The translations under genes were made by a program, and so were the position numbers. Positions 51,541 to 64,000 of a stretch of DNA of 64,000 nucleotides are shown in pieces (position 1 is the first letter of the stretch; every line of letters begins with the position of its first letter). Where the stretch lies: the NCBI GenBank assembly GCA_030265395.1, contig JARFYF010000074.1:25965660-26029659 (forward strand), read 5' to 3'. Under the pieces are notes generated by a model that made no database searches, was not told the origin of the DNA, and saw nothing but the letters and a program-made list of their open reading frames with translations. Source of the DNA: Rhina ancylostomus (Eukaryota).

Positions 51541-54500
51541 AACTCCCCGCCAACCAAAGACAGAACTTGCAGAAACCCGTTAAAAGAATGAAAAACAAAT
51601 ACAAATTTTATCTTGTCTATGGCTGAGGTGTGAAGTTCTGAGGTTCACTGGGACTAATTCAACTCCACTTCTTTTGTCCTCCAAGGCTTTCGCATGTTGA
51701 GCAAAGGATGACAAATCTTCAGACAATCTTACTTTGCTTGATGGTGCACCATCAAGGATCATTTAACCATGCATGGAGACAAGTACCGATGAACATTTTG
51801 GTGGATTCAGTTATACAATTTTAGACTATCATCTTTTGATTGATTATTCTCAAATGAGCGCAAGCAGACACTGATGGAAGGGGCAGCAACAGAGAATCCT
51901 GATCAAGTGGAGACCATGTTCTCCAAGCTTCACTCAGTTGGACATTGACTATTAACCACAGTAACTGTTATTGAGAAGGAGAACATTAAAAGGACACCAG
52001 TCTCATAGCCGAGTACTGACAAACACACAACACACAATCTCCATAGTACGTAGTGGATGGAGAACTCTGACTGAATCAGTAGCAAATTGGAGTCGCCTGT
52101 CTCCAGAGAGCTTCACTCAGATGAGTCCGTGTAGCAATATGGTCGGTGCTGCAGAACTGTGTGGTGATGAAAGGGAACATGACAGACCTCTCAAGGGCTT
52201 CAAATCCAGAGGACAAATGGGAAAACCATCTTGCTGTCTCCCTCATTGTATTCTGTTTCTACCAGTAAACCCCTCTGTTGCCAGTGCCATCCAGAACAGA
52301 TTGCACCACTGAACAACCTCCCNNNNNNNNNNNNNNNNNNNNNNNNNNNNNNNNNNNNNNNNNNNNNNNNNNNNNNNNNNNNNNNNNNNNNNNNNNNNNN
52401 NNNNNNNNNNNNNNNNNNNNNNNNNNNNNNNNNNNNNNNNNNNNNNNNNNNNNNNNNNNNNNNNNNNNNNNNNNNNNNNNNNNNNNNNNNNNNNNNNNNN
52501 NNNNNNNNNNNNNNNNNNNNNNNNNNNNNNNNNNNNNNNNNNNNNNNNNNNNNNNNNNNNNNNNNNNNNNNNNNNNNNNNNNNNNNNNNNNNNNNNNNNN
52601 NNNNNNNNNNNNNNNNNNNNNNNNNNNNNNNNNNNNNNNNNNNNNNNNNNNNNNNNNNNNNNNNNNNNNNNNNNNNNNNNNNNNNNNNNNNNNNNNNNNN
52701 NNNNNNNNNNNNNNNNNNNNNNNNNNNNNNNNNNNNNNNNNNNNNNNNNNNNNNNNNNNNNNNNNNNNNNNNNNNNNNNNNNNNNNNNNNNNNNNNNNNN
52801 NNNNNNNNNNNNNNNNNNNNNNNNNNNNNNNNNNNNNNNNNNNNNNNNNNNNNNNNNNNNNNNNNNNNNNNNNNNNNNNNNNNNNNNNNNNNNNNNNNNN
52901 NNNNNNNNNNNNNNNNNNNNNNNNNNNNNNNNNNNNNNNNNNNNNNNNNNNNNNNNNNNNNNNNNNNNNNNNNNNNNNNNNNNNNNNNNNNNNNNNNNNN
53001 NNNNNNNNNNNNNNNNNNNNNNNNNNNNNNNNNNNNNNNNNNNNNNNNNNNNNNNNNNNNNNNNNNNNNNNNNNNNNNNNNNNNNNNNNNNNNNNNNNNN
53101 NNNNNNNNNNNNNNNNNNNNNNNNNNNNNNNNNNNNNNNNNNNNNNNNNNNNNNNNNNNNNNNNNNNNNNNNNNNNNNNNNNNNNNNNNNNNNNNNNNNN
53201 NNNNNNNNNNNNNNNNNNNTGTATATTCTATTAAACACTTGCCAATGGGAATTGAAACATCAGCTGTAACAAGTAAGTTTTTATTCAGAAGGGACCATGA
53301 CAGGTTTAAATAACCACCTGAACAGCTTCTCAAACTCACCTCCATTTCCCAAGCAGCTGCACAAGCTAAACACAGGGCAAAGTTAAAACAATTTAAAGAG
53401 AGCTTATTAACAAAATCTGGGCAAGTTGATTGGCCCATTAAATACCTAGCCACATTCTATAACGAAACCCTGACAAAACATTTGCCTTTTTGGTTTGATG
53501 GAACTAAACTGAGAAGTCAGTTTATAATTATCATGGATGTGAGCAGCATGGTACTTTAAAGACAGGTTGCATTATTTTATGCACAATTATGAACAATTAT
53601 GTCACAAGAGGGAAATTTCCTAATGTTTGCTTAAACTTTGCTCTCTATTCAACTTTTTATAACACTTTGAATGTTTCCTGTTATTTTAAAGTTTTTTTTC
53701 ATTTCTTCCTCAGTATTGCCTCTTACTTTCTCTTCCTGAAAGGATCATTTATATTTTCCTTTCCATCCTCCGTTTTGTCAGAATACATCTACCAAGGTTG
53801 GATGTGTAAATGCTTTTTCATTACACAATGCATAAAGAGGAAAGAAATAGAGACAATGAAGTGAATCAGGAAACATGAAGCAAGATTATTTAAAGAATGG
53901 AAGAGGGGATTTAATACTTTGTAAATGACAAATGAAAAGCAACTAACTGGGCATCAGGAAAAATACAGGGCACCAAAATCAAGATGTCAGGATGCCCTCA
54001 AAGTTTATTTAAAATTTTAGATTATAACAGAATCTTTATATCTTGAAATTAACACTTCCCACCCAATATGTGAAGCAATTCTGATAACAATTATATTATT
54101 CCTTTGCTCACAAGCATTGCTCTACACATATACATTCATGCAACTCCAAAATGGTTCTGAAATGTTATTCTTTCCTTAGAGGCTTCCCGGTTGGAGCATT
54201 TCCTGTTATTATTATGTATGAAATCACTTCTCCGGTGTTGGAACAATCATTAAGAACTGTGGCATTACCACCTGTATGTATGCAGCATAACAGGTGGTGC
54301 TTAGACAGGCCATCAAACATCTACAGCATCAGACTATTTTCTAGATGGTCACAAATAAAACCTGAATGCAAAGACAAATGTTATTTAAATCTGAAACAGA
54401 TTGAATAGTGCAACAACTACACTACCCTTTATTTCTTAATGCAGCATATTATATGTTTTTGAGCTAAGTGCAATGGAAATATTTTATAGTAAATTACTAA

Positions 54501-56970
54501 GTGTCAAAGTGGTTTGTTAAAGTTCAATCATCGCTCCTGAACTGTCCCAAGAGTCTTAAATCATTAATCTTATGGTAATGAAGAGACTTTTAAAGCACTA
54601 TAAGCAATAAAGTTGCTCAGGCAAATAAACCAGTGATATGATTTAGGAAATATGGGAACTTTAAGCATTCTCCCTTCTAGTTTTTGTTTTTGTTTCCTGT
54701 AATGATACTTTGAACAGAATCCTTCTCTTCACACCATTCTGAGAAATTTAACCTCTCTGACATGCCATGAAAGTTTCACAGGCTTCTTTGTTATCTCTCT
54801 CTGAAGTATCCATTTATGTCTAATGGTGTTAGAATTTTAATACACACACAGTACTCTAGAAAACTTTCATTTTCAAATTAAAACATCTCTTATTCAAATA
54901 GTGTTCAAACAACACTGGAGTACTTCATAAGAAACTTTATTCAAAATTTATTCTGAGTCAACATATTAGCATTGCATCTTTCTCCTGAAGCTACCGTATA
55001 TAACATTTTAAGAATCAGATTTGATTTGATTTATTTCTTTCAGGTTCAGGCAGAAGATAATATTTGCTGCTCAGATTCCATACTAAAATCTTTTTGGTGA
55101 AATGATCCGCTACCTTTCTTTGCATTGTACCATTTTGTGGACTGATAATAAAATTATTCCAAAGGCAATGTTAGTGCTACCTATTAAATGGGAAATAACT
55201 TTTTTTAATTGATACACACCACAACCTGATTTAAAAACAATCTCATAAAAGCCAATTTCTCAATGAAGTAACATTATTCAAGATTTAGGACATTAAACAG
55301 GAAAATCTACTCCCCGAGGTACAAACAAAATTGAGCATTAAATCACACAGAAAAAAAAGAGAATGTTAATGATTCTTTTAAGGGGCAGTCATTTCCCATG
55401 CATGACAGACCCCAATCAGGATTCCCACAACCATGTCTAAGATCGTTATAAACCCTGAGGGAAATGCTTGCATTGCTGGTGCTAGATTGTGGTATCACAA
55501 GAAGCCACTGCTGCTTGCATGTAGCGAGCAGGAAGGAAAGCTAGTAACACACCCTGTGGAGATGACGTAGCTGGAAGGAAGTGCATCCAGCTTGGGTGGT
55601 ACATTTTGGGTGCAATCCCTGATAAAAATTGACTTGATTAGTAACCCAAACTCATCAAAGCAGTCAATCATTGTTGTGCTTCCCTTACCCCATTACCTTC
55701 AGAAAGAGTAGGTTGCTAAAACCATTAAGCCAGGTTATGTCATAGCCTGCCACTGTACTAACAGGGATAACCAACTAAACTCTACCAAATGCCAGGAGGA
55801 ACAACAGTTCTGTGTGTACCAATGGCATATACCCAAGCAGAACCACTTCATACATCCAGGTGACTTTGCAACCCCCTATATCTCAGGTGGGTAAGTACAA
55901 CAACTGATACATGAACAAATTCTGAGTTACTGAAGTCACTGGCGTTGCTTTTCACTCACACAAATTATATGCACAGCCAATATGACAAATAAGGGTTCAC
56001 TATATTACAGGTAATTGGGGCCAAAATAATTATAGCATGCACCTTTTTATCTACAACATTAGATTTTAAGCATAACTTGCTAATATATATTGCATAAAAT
56101 CACAGTAACATGATGTAGTTCACAAAATCTATGTTACATCTCTTTGCCTGGTTCTCTTCCTTGGGTTCCCAGAAGATAGCTTTCAGTATAATTTGTCTCA
56201 CCAAGACCAAGATGAGGTACTGCAAATGATGGTAGACCAGGTCAGTGAGAAATGTGTGTTTTACCTTTCAGACTTACTCTCTCTGCCCAAAGAACAGTCT
56301 AGCCAGGACGAAGGGGGGGAGGGACACCAGAAAGAGTCCCAAGGACAAAGTGGACATAGAGAACAGATGTGAACAGCTCCAGCACCAGACCAATCAGATG
56401 ATTGTAGGGGTTAGGCAGAAGATGTATGCACTCAGAGTAAACATTCATCAAGAGTTTCAGAAACTCAAAGGGAAAATTCAAAAATGGTTTCAGGAGACTT
56501 GAGATCTGACAACGTCCCACCCGAGTCCCCTGAAACTGCTAGCTGCCAGTGTGTAGGAGATGGTGGCCAAGATGACAGTTCCTCCTTGTCCAGAGCTGGT
56601 GGCTAGGGCAGAGGCTGAACCAGCAGGACAGTCCAGTAGTTCTGCTTCACAGGGGTGCACACAGAGTGGTTGGCAGACCTACAAAAGACAAGAGGATGGA
56701 TCTGTAAACTTTGGGCAGAATACCATGAACTATATTTTTTTGTTTGTTGCATGTGTTCTGCAATGCTACACAGCACCCTTTTATTGTTGTCTACCTCCAG
56801 TTGTGCTGGGGCAGACACTGGAGATGACACAAATTTGTGTAAACTTTCACTTTGTATGGAAAGAACATTTCAGTTCCTTTTGGGTCGATTGATGCTCATA
56901 TTTTGACTAAAGTTGAGCAGCTCAGGAATGTGCAAGAGCATAATAGAGGGTAATGGAGTAAAGAGAAATA

Positions 56971-57150
56971 AAATCAGACAATGCTCAGCCACTCAGGCAG
57001 TACTGTGGAATTAATGTTTCAGGATGAAGGATCCTTGATCTGAAATGTTACCCCTGCTTCTCTTTCCACAGATGCGGGCTGACGTGCTGGGCATTTTCAG
57101 AATTTTCTGGTTTTAGTTCAGATGTCCACCATCTGCAGTTTTTTGATTTT
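56971..57150. mobile_element. Penelope-derived fold-back element, degenerate
   Basis: gatgaaggatccttgatctgaaatgtt core, ccacagatgc, catctgcagtttttt; imperfect TSD gagtaa(a/g)gag. Confidence 0.65.
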
Positions 57151-57774
57151 CAATTAGAGTAAGGAGGATATGTTTATTACAATGGAAGCATGCCCATGTA
57201 ACCAACCATTGTGGTGGTCTTCAAGAATGTAATATGACTAATACTCATTCACTATAACCAATCACTAATTAGTGTATAATGGATGAATAAACCTATGGCA
57301 TTCCTAAATAATTAACAATGATCGTAATGGGCTGTGTCTTTTCTCCTTCAGAAGCTGTCTGGGCAAATAAAATATTCAATATTGCCTGGAACTGACCACA
57401 TATTTTCTATCGATATGTAACATTTTCACCAATGCATTTAGACACTAAAATCATTTCTTGAAATTTTTAGATGCATAAATGATAAGGTATACGGTGGCAT
57501 AACAGAACTGATTGAATTCATATCAGTGACAAGGACTTAAAGCTGAACCTGATGAACAACCACTGCTCCTATAAATAAATTCAATGAGTGAGGAGGTGGA
57601 CATAAAATCCAAACAGAAGTATTCAGCTTGGCCACAAATAATCTTACATTTAACACAAAGCAAAATCTAGTGATCTCACTGTTACTTAGCATCCAAGTTA
57701 ATGAAGGATTTGTTAGACCATTATCATGATTTGACCTTCAGACTTTCTTATGAGTTTATTTTACCCATTTTTCA

Positions 57775-58075
57775 GGATCTTGGCATCATTGGCGAGGTCA
57801 GCTTTTATTGCCATCGCCAGCTGCCGTTGAGAAGGTGGTGGCGAGCACCACCTTGAATAAGTGCCGTCACTGCAGTGGTTCTAGTGACGGCACATCCACG
57901 CTACTGCTAGATAGAGAATTGCAGGATTTGGAGCAGGCAACAAAAAGCAACCAGTAATATACTTCCAGGTCAGAATGGTGCGTGACCTGGAGGGAAACCT
58001 GCCAGCGGTGGTGTTCTCATCCACCTACTGCCCTTGTCCTTCTCAGTAGTAGAGCTTGTAAGTTTCAAGGGATAT
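57775..58075 (-). mobile_element. CR1-clade LINE 3' end
   Basis: ggatcttggcatcattggcgaggtcagcttttattgcc..ttgagaaggtggtgg..ggtggtgttctcatccacctactgcccttgtccttct. Confidence 0.75.
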
Positions 58076-58304
58076 TATAGATTTGTTCTTGTTCTCTAAA
58101 TATACCTGGCGACTGGCAAATGATTAATATTTTTGATGCTAAAGATCACCTTATTTTCTGATGTTGCCCAAACTCAGAAAATCATAGTGCAATCAAGATA
58201 TGAAAGAAGTCTTTGGGTTTGTATTTCCAGTTTTACTTTATACTTCTACAGCCATGATTGAAAACCCCTTTAAACTTGTGACCAATGCAGTGTATGCAAG
58301 TAGA

Positions 58305-58365
58305 TAGATGAAGTCCCCAGGTTCCAACAGGGTTCCATTCCCGAGAACTGTTCGTAACTCGGAAA
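58305..58365. mobile_element. Tigger-like MITE terminus fragment
   Basis: agtccccaggtt..gttccattcccgagaactgttcgtaactcgga. Confidence 0.5.
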
Positions 58366-58580
58366 TAGTGCTCCAGATGTGGCCTAACCAACATCTTGTA
58401 CAGCTGCAACACGACATCCCAACTCCTGTACTCAGTGTTCAGATCGATGAAGGCAAATGTGCCATTTTCTTCACCACCCTGTTGACCTGCATTACCACTT
58501 TCAAGGAATTATGTACCCCTAGGTGTCTGTTCTACAACAAGCCCCAGGGCCCTGCTATTTACTGTGTAAGTCCTGCCCTC
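58366..58580 (-). mobile_element. CR1 fragment
   Basis: ctccagatgtggcctaaccaacatcttgtacagctgcaac is the reverse complement of LQLYKMLVRPHLE. Confidence 0.8.
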
Positions 58581-59434
58581 ATGTCCCACACCATGACACA
58601 CTGTATTAACACATAAAAACACAGCAGCTTTTGGGATGTCTGTGTAACCAATGTTTAANNNNNNNNNNNNNNNNNNNNNNNNNNNNNNNNNNNNNNNNNN
58701 NNNNNNNNNNNNNNNNNNNNNNNNNNNNNNNNNNNNNNNNNNNNNNNNNNNNNNNNNNCCCCCCAACCCCTATCCCACCGGCCTCCAAGGCACTCACTAT
58801 CTATGAGTCCAGTGTACATAACCTGGGGAGGACTTGTACCTGGAAATTACATCCTTACCAATCAAGGTCTGAAACATGATGATACTACAAATGATATTCT
58901 CTCAACCTAGAGACACTGCTGATGCCAAGCCTGTATCTTTGTGAAGTTTCTCCTTTCAAAATTAAGCCATACTCCTATTCTTTGATGCAAATAAAATGGG
59001 AGCATTGTATTTGCTTGTAAGACAGTACCCTCAGCTTCTTAATAATTTTCAGGAGTCACAACATAATATCCCTTTTGATAAATAAGTAAACATATCATAT
59101 GTTGTTTCTCCTCCTCTGGCAATTGTTAATCACAATAAATATAGCAGATTTATCGGGAAAGGTTACATGATTCTATAAGAATCCATTCACCCAGACAAAC
59201 AAGGTTTAGGTTTCATGCAAATATGACAGCACTAATGGACTTTTGCCAATAAGAATAAAAATATAAATTAATATACTACAATATTTTGAAAAGTAAATCA
59301 TGGGATTAAAAATGCGGCACTTCTGTTTCCCAATTCAAAATATTTCTTCCTGAAAAGTCAATCACCTGCCAGTTTTTCAGAATTATTTGGTCTTGGTATT
59401 GGTCAGGGACAACATTCCACATGCAATGTGGATG

Positions 59435-59530
59435 CAAGATGGCGCCAGAGCGTGGTGAGCCGTCGCAAGCTGCTCTCTACAGATCTTCTCATTACCTTTA
59501 CTTATAATCGTTCTACACTTTTAAATTTAA
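59435..59530 (+). mobile_element. possible LINE (Rex1-type) 5' terminus
   Basis: CpG-rich caagatggcgccagagcgtgg start with a YY1-like aagatggcg motif. Confidence 0.35.
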
Positions 59531-61239
59531 ATTCTATGTCACTTACTATTACTAATTAACCAAATTAGTTACTTCCATTTCTGACATAATCTTGGTATTC
59601 ATTCATGTCAAATTGTGTTCTTCAGCTAAATGAGCATGTTGGTCTCATTCATAAAATCTTTAGCCCATAGATATCTCAGACAATATTGCCAATGTCATTC
59701 TTACATCCATCTATCAGTGAGCAAATTTATGTGGTTGTATTTCTTTTTGACTCCCTTCTTTTAAAGAATTTGTAAATTAAGATGCATTCAAAGCATTCTA
59801 TTCGTGATCATATTCTTTCAACCACAGAGCTAGTCTGCATTATGAAGTGAAACATAAGTTATTAATCCCACATAATGGATCCACATCAATACTGTCACAG
59901 TTTCAGAAATAAATTGGAAGAAATTACAGAAGATGGTCAGGGTAGTAGAGTTGAAAGTTGGGAGTGGTTGTTGAGAAGGCATCCTTCTCTATCTCCTTCT
60001 ACCTGAAATGGAAACAAGGTATGTGGGACTGCCAAAGTAAACACCTGAAGCAAGGATCAGGAGATGTCCAAATCATTTTCAGGTCATGTAGGACATTTCA
60101 ATGTAGTTCATGACTTGTTGTGAGGTGTATGAGGCCAGAGGGGCTAGTCAACTGTGGAAAATCATCCAACTTGTACATTGAGCTGGCCTCCCAAGTTAGG
60201 GTTAGGCTTGGAAGTCAATCCTCAGTGGGTGAGCTCTGCTGTCGGTAGGCTGCAGTAGTTCTGTGCAGGCAGAGCTTTTGTGTGCAGCTTGGTTCCATAA
60301 AAATAAAAGAAAGAAGGTTTCAAGCACATTAGCGGCTAGCCCTCAGCAGCTCCTTTAATGATTAATAACTTCTCTACATTCAGCCCAATATAAATCTGTG
60401 GAATGAATATGACGCATCACCAGCTCATTTACATATTTAAGTTATAACCAGAGAACACAGGATCGTTTTATTTTACACAGCTTCCTCTCCATTTTGAATT
60501 GGTTTCTGTTTAATTATTGAAATCTGAATAGATGGCCTCCAACATCCATCCCCGACCCCTCCACAATGTTAAACCATTTGTTATTCATTTATCATATAAG
60601 AAACCAGTTAAAAATCCTTCCATTTGGCACCATCATCACAGGATTCTTTCATGCTTCTTTTCAATTGGTTATGGAAAATAGTACTGAGATTAACCGATTC
60701 TGGGTGTTGCCTTTTGAAATGTTATATTTTTCTTTCCAATCAATGAGCTAAATTTGGTTATTTTCTCCCTGGGGCTATTTAGTTGGATGTATTTCTGGTG
60801 GCTTTTTTTACATAGTTTTTGCCTTAACCCATCCTATCCATAGAGCCTATTATACATCACCAATAAACAAAATTATCCACAGAAAATATAAAAAAGTTTT
60901 TTTAAAATGATCCGGTGTTTCTTTCCTCATCTTCTGGCTGAGTCTTTGAACTTTAACTCCTAGGGGTTAATAGAATGACCCTACTTTTCTTGGACTGTCT
61001 GCTTATCAGGAATTGATGGAATGTGACAGCCCATGATGGAGCAGTATAGTTTCCTCTCCCTGCTACTTAAGACAAAATTAGTAAGAGAATAGAGCCAGTT
61101 GCTGGAAAAATACGTGATCATTCAGTAACACTAGATATGTTGAGCAGATTTTGTAACATTATTGAAAAATGAGATTCTTTGAGATGGACATTTGATCACA
61201 CCCAAAAACAACATTGCAGGGAGTGGAGCTGGCACGTGT

Positions 61240-61870
61240 TAGCTGGTTCTGTGCAGAACAAGATTGCGCAATAAACCGCACCCACACGCCCCGCACCCCC
61301 CTCCCCCAGAATGATCAATGAAAGCAAAGCATTGCTTGAGCATGCCCATTGTCTGGTTAATGGCATTTCTGATAATGGACTGGCTCTTGTTTTGGGTCAG
61401 ATATGCAGCTGTGCCTGAGTTCCTGATAGGAATCATAAGCCACGTCTGAAGGGGAAAGTCCTTGTCAATCACAGGCAGCCTCTGTCTCGACCCCTCTAGT
61501 GAAATAGAAAAGACCTGGAAGACTGGCACAGGACGACCATTGTGCCTGCTGCCAAGAAACTATTCAGAGGTCTGCAGGATCACAAACCAGCAGAACAATG
61601 AGGGTATGGAATCTCCTTCAACAGATAAGGATGTGGAGCCTATTATTATACATAAACCAATCTGGGTGTCATCCATGGCACTTTCCTTCACATTATCTGT
61701 GGATGAATGTAATGGTGCAGCGATCCTTGGGGATTTCCCCAGTTGTGGTAGATATCAGCAGCGAGGTGTTACTGACGTCACCTGCGCCAGTCTGAAAAGG
61801 AGGGGCGTTTAGTGAAAAAATTAAGTACTTCAGTCATCTTAGCAACCAAAGGCAATGCTGTCATTGTCCT
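61240..61870 (-). pseudogene. PIF/Harbinger (HARBI1-like) transposase remnant
   Basis: Collinear minus-strand motifs: TALPLVAKMTEVLNFF, FQTGAGDV, AMDDTQI (~AIDCTHV), FHTLIVLLVCD, GSRHN, DKDFPLQTWLMIPIRN, RNAINQTMGMLKQCF, DHSGG, LRNL. Confidence 0.85.
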
Positions 61871-62433
61871 GGTAAGGTGCTCAAATTGTGGCTTTTTTAA
61901 AATCAAAATTGCCTCTACAAACTAGGGATAGAAAAATGCTTCTGAACAACCAATGTGGATATGGCCTCCTAAGGTCTTCTCCCTCATGTTACTCTTGCAC
62001 TTTCCCTCTTCTGTTTGCTTTGCTGCTGCCCCCAAGCTCCAGGCCTGAGGCAGGCTCAAACAGGCAGACAGCCAATATAGTGCAGACCCAGTAACAATCA
62101 CCCAGCTGCCTGAGTTAAGATGATCAGCGTCAGAAAACTGGCTGTAAGTTGCCCAGGTGTTAACCATCAGCTTCAAATGTCAAAGCAGCAATGGGACTTT
62201 AAATACCATTGCTGAATGCTCCATCCTGTCTAGTACCATAAAAAATTGCCAGGGAAGTTCGATAAATGTGAATCAGATACTGAAGTAGCACAGTATCAGA
62301 AGGAGATTTAACAAGTACAGGGTCCTTATTTAAATCTGTAATCTTAATTGTGCTGATATGTACTCCGGATGTCTTTATAGATGCCTGATTCAATGTGTGG
62401 CATGATGAACTTTTAGTTTCTTGTGGGCAAACA

Positions 62434-62758
62434 CAGGTTGTCCCGCAGTTACGAGTGGCTGACTTGTGGACAACATGTACACAGAAACGAGCTCCCATAA
62501 TATTATTAAATTCAGAAGTCCGTTGTAGATACGTACATAAATTCATTCCTATGAATGGCAGGACTAGTATTCTCTCTCTCTCTCCACTTTTCGCAATTAT
62601 CCTTTCTTATCACCTTATGTGCTTTAGATACAATTCATTACAATACTATGGAGGTATAGTTACTAGACATATCAAGTGATTTTTGTGTATTTTACAGACA
62701 AAGTCCACTTATGGGCGTCTGTACAAAGAGAACCTTTTTGTTACATGGGGAAACTCCA
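62434..62758. mobile_element. Tigger-like MITE, degenerate
   Basis: Left end caggttgtcccgcagttacgag; right end ttgttacatggggaaact. Confidence 0.55.
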
Positions 62759-63467
62759 TGCACCCAGACTGAGTGTCTGTTTTCCATCTGATAAAAGGAT
62801 GGAGTACCATCAATTTCCTAGGCTAGTGTTTGTTCAGTGAATGCACTGGTAGACTAAAACATGAAGAAATTCCATGGCAAGAACATCTGCAATCAGTTCA
62901 AGCAAAATAATTCTCTGCGCTCGCTGAAACTCAACTCAGACATTTTCTGTATTAAAGATTAAAATTGATTTTTAACCAGAAATAAAGATATTTAAGAAAA
63001 AACATAAATGTGAAAATTAGTTGATGGTGAAGCTGCAGATTTTGTGATTTTAAAAATAAGGAGAGCATTGATAACGCTCTGATCAAATAAGGCACTAATT
63101 TTAGAGGTGGAATGTATTTTAACTTTTAACTTTCAAGAGATATTAAAATAACTAATCTTCCATCACTATAACTAAAATCTCCAAAGTTTATAAGAGCAGT
63201 TCATATAAAAACATGACAAAAACAAATAACTTGAACAAGCCAGAAACTTGAAATTCCATTACTATTTCACAAATTAATACACTGAATAAATGCCACAAAA
63301 TAATATATATTGTTCCCACATGGAATAACACTAAAAAGTAATTGAAGTCATATTGAAATGGTGTCAAACTGAAGATGCCATACTTGAAGAAGACAACTCA
63401 TTTGAATTATCAAGAAATCTATGCAGAGTACTCCCAATACAATGATACTGCTTATTCCTTCTCATTA

Positions 63468-63625
63468 GAACATAGAACAGGACAGTACAGGAACAGGCCC
63501 TTCAGCCCACCATGTCTGTACCAACCATGGTGCCAAATTAAACTAATCCCCTCCTCCCACATGTAATCCATATCCCTCCATTCCCTATCAATGTGTCTGT
63601 CTAAATGCCTCTTAAATGCCACTAT
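63468..63625 (-). mobile_element. HER1/CR1 3' tail
   Basis: gaacatagaacaggacagtacaggaacaggcccttcagccc..gtctgtctaaatgcctcttaaatg. Confidence 0.85.
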
Positions 63626-63628
63626 GAC

Positions 63629-63790
63629 ATTCAGATTCAGATTAGTTTCTTGTCATATACACCAGGGTGAAGCTCACAGAGTAAACAATGTACATGGTAG
63701 TAATAAATACAACAATAAATACAGCGACAAGTGTAAAACAGCAGAATGGTGCAGAGATTTGGTGCATTCTGAGGCAGTGCAAAAAGAAAT
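63629..63790 (-). mobile_element. Rex1-type LINE/SINE 3' tail
   Basis: attcagattcagatt..ttgtcatatacacc is the reverse of an (aatctg)n tail. Confidence 0.5.
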
Positions 63791-64000
63791 ACTAGAGTGA
63801 CAATAACAGAATAACTGAGAAAGGTGGAGGTAGGAGTCTGAGAACGCGGCAGCACAACCGGGAAGGGGATGTGAAAGAGGTGATCGGTTCACAACAGTAT
63901 TGAGGTTTAGGGAAGGGTGGGAAGACTTGAAGGTAACCATGCATTTTGTTCTTTGTGCTTTAACTTATTACAAAATATAAACTAAAGACAATCAGATAGA

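Overview
Vertebrate nuclear DNA, AT-rich, from a gapped draft assembly. The repeat content (HER1/CR1 LINEs, HE1-type V-SINEs, Rex1/Babar and RTE LINEs, Deu-domain SINEs, Penelope pieces) points to a cartilaginous fish, probably a ray or other batoid (inference). The window looks intronic or intergenic. I found no intact recognisable host gene and no tRNA, rRNA or CRISPR array. Nearly all listed ORFs are transposon debris, N-gap artefacts or chance. The main signals are: (1) six 120-250 bp Penelope-derived fold-back insertions with long target-site duplications, the better-preserved ones carrying minimal hammerhead-ribozyme-like cores; (2) decayed PIF/Harbinger transposase and Myb/SANT partner genes; (3) a near-perfect 24-bp hairpin at 17727-17784; (4) V-SINEs with swapped LINE tails; (5) a few weak orphan exon candidates. 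Family names come from my recall of consensus motifs, not a database search, and element boundaries are approximate.
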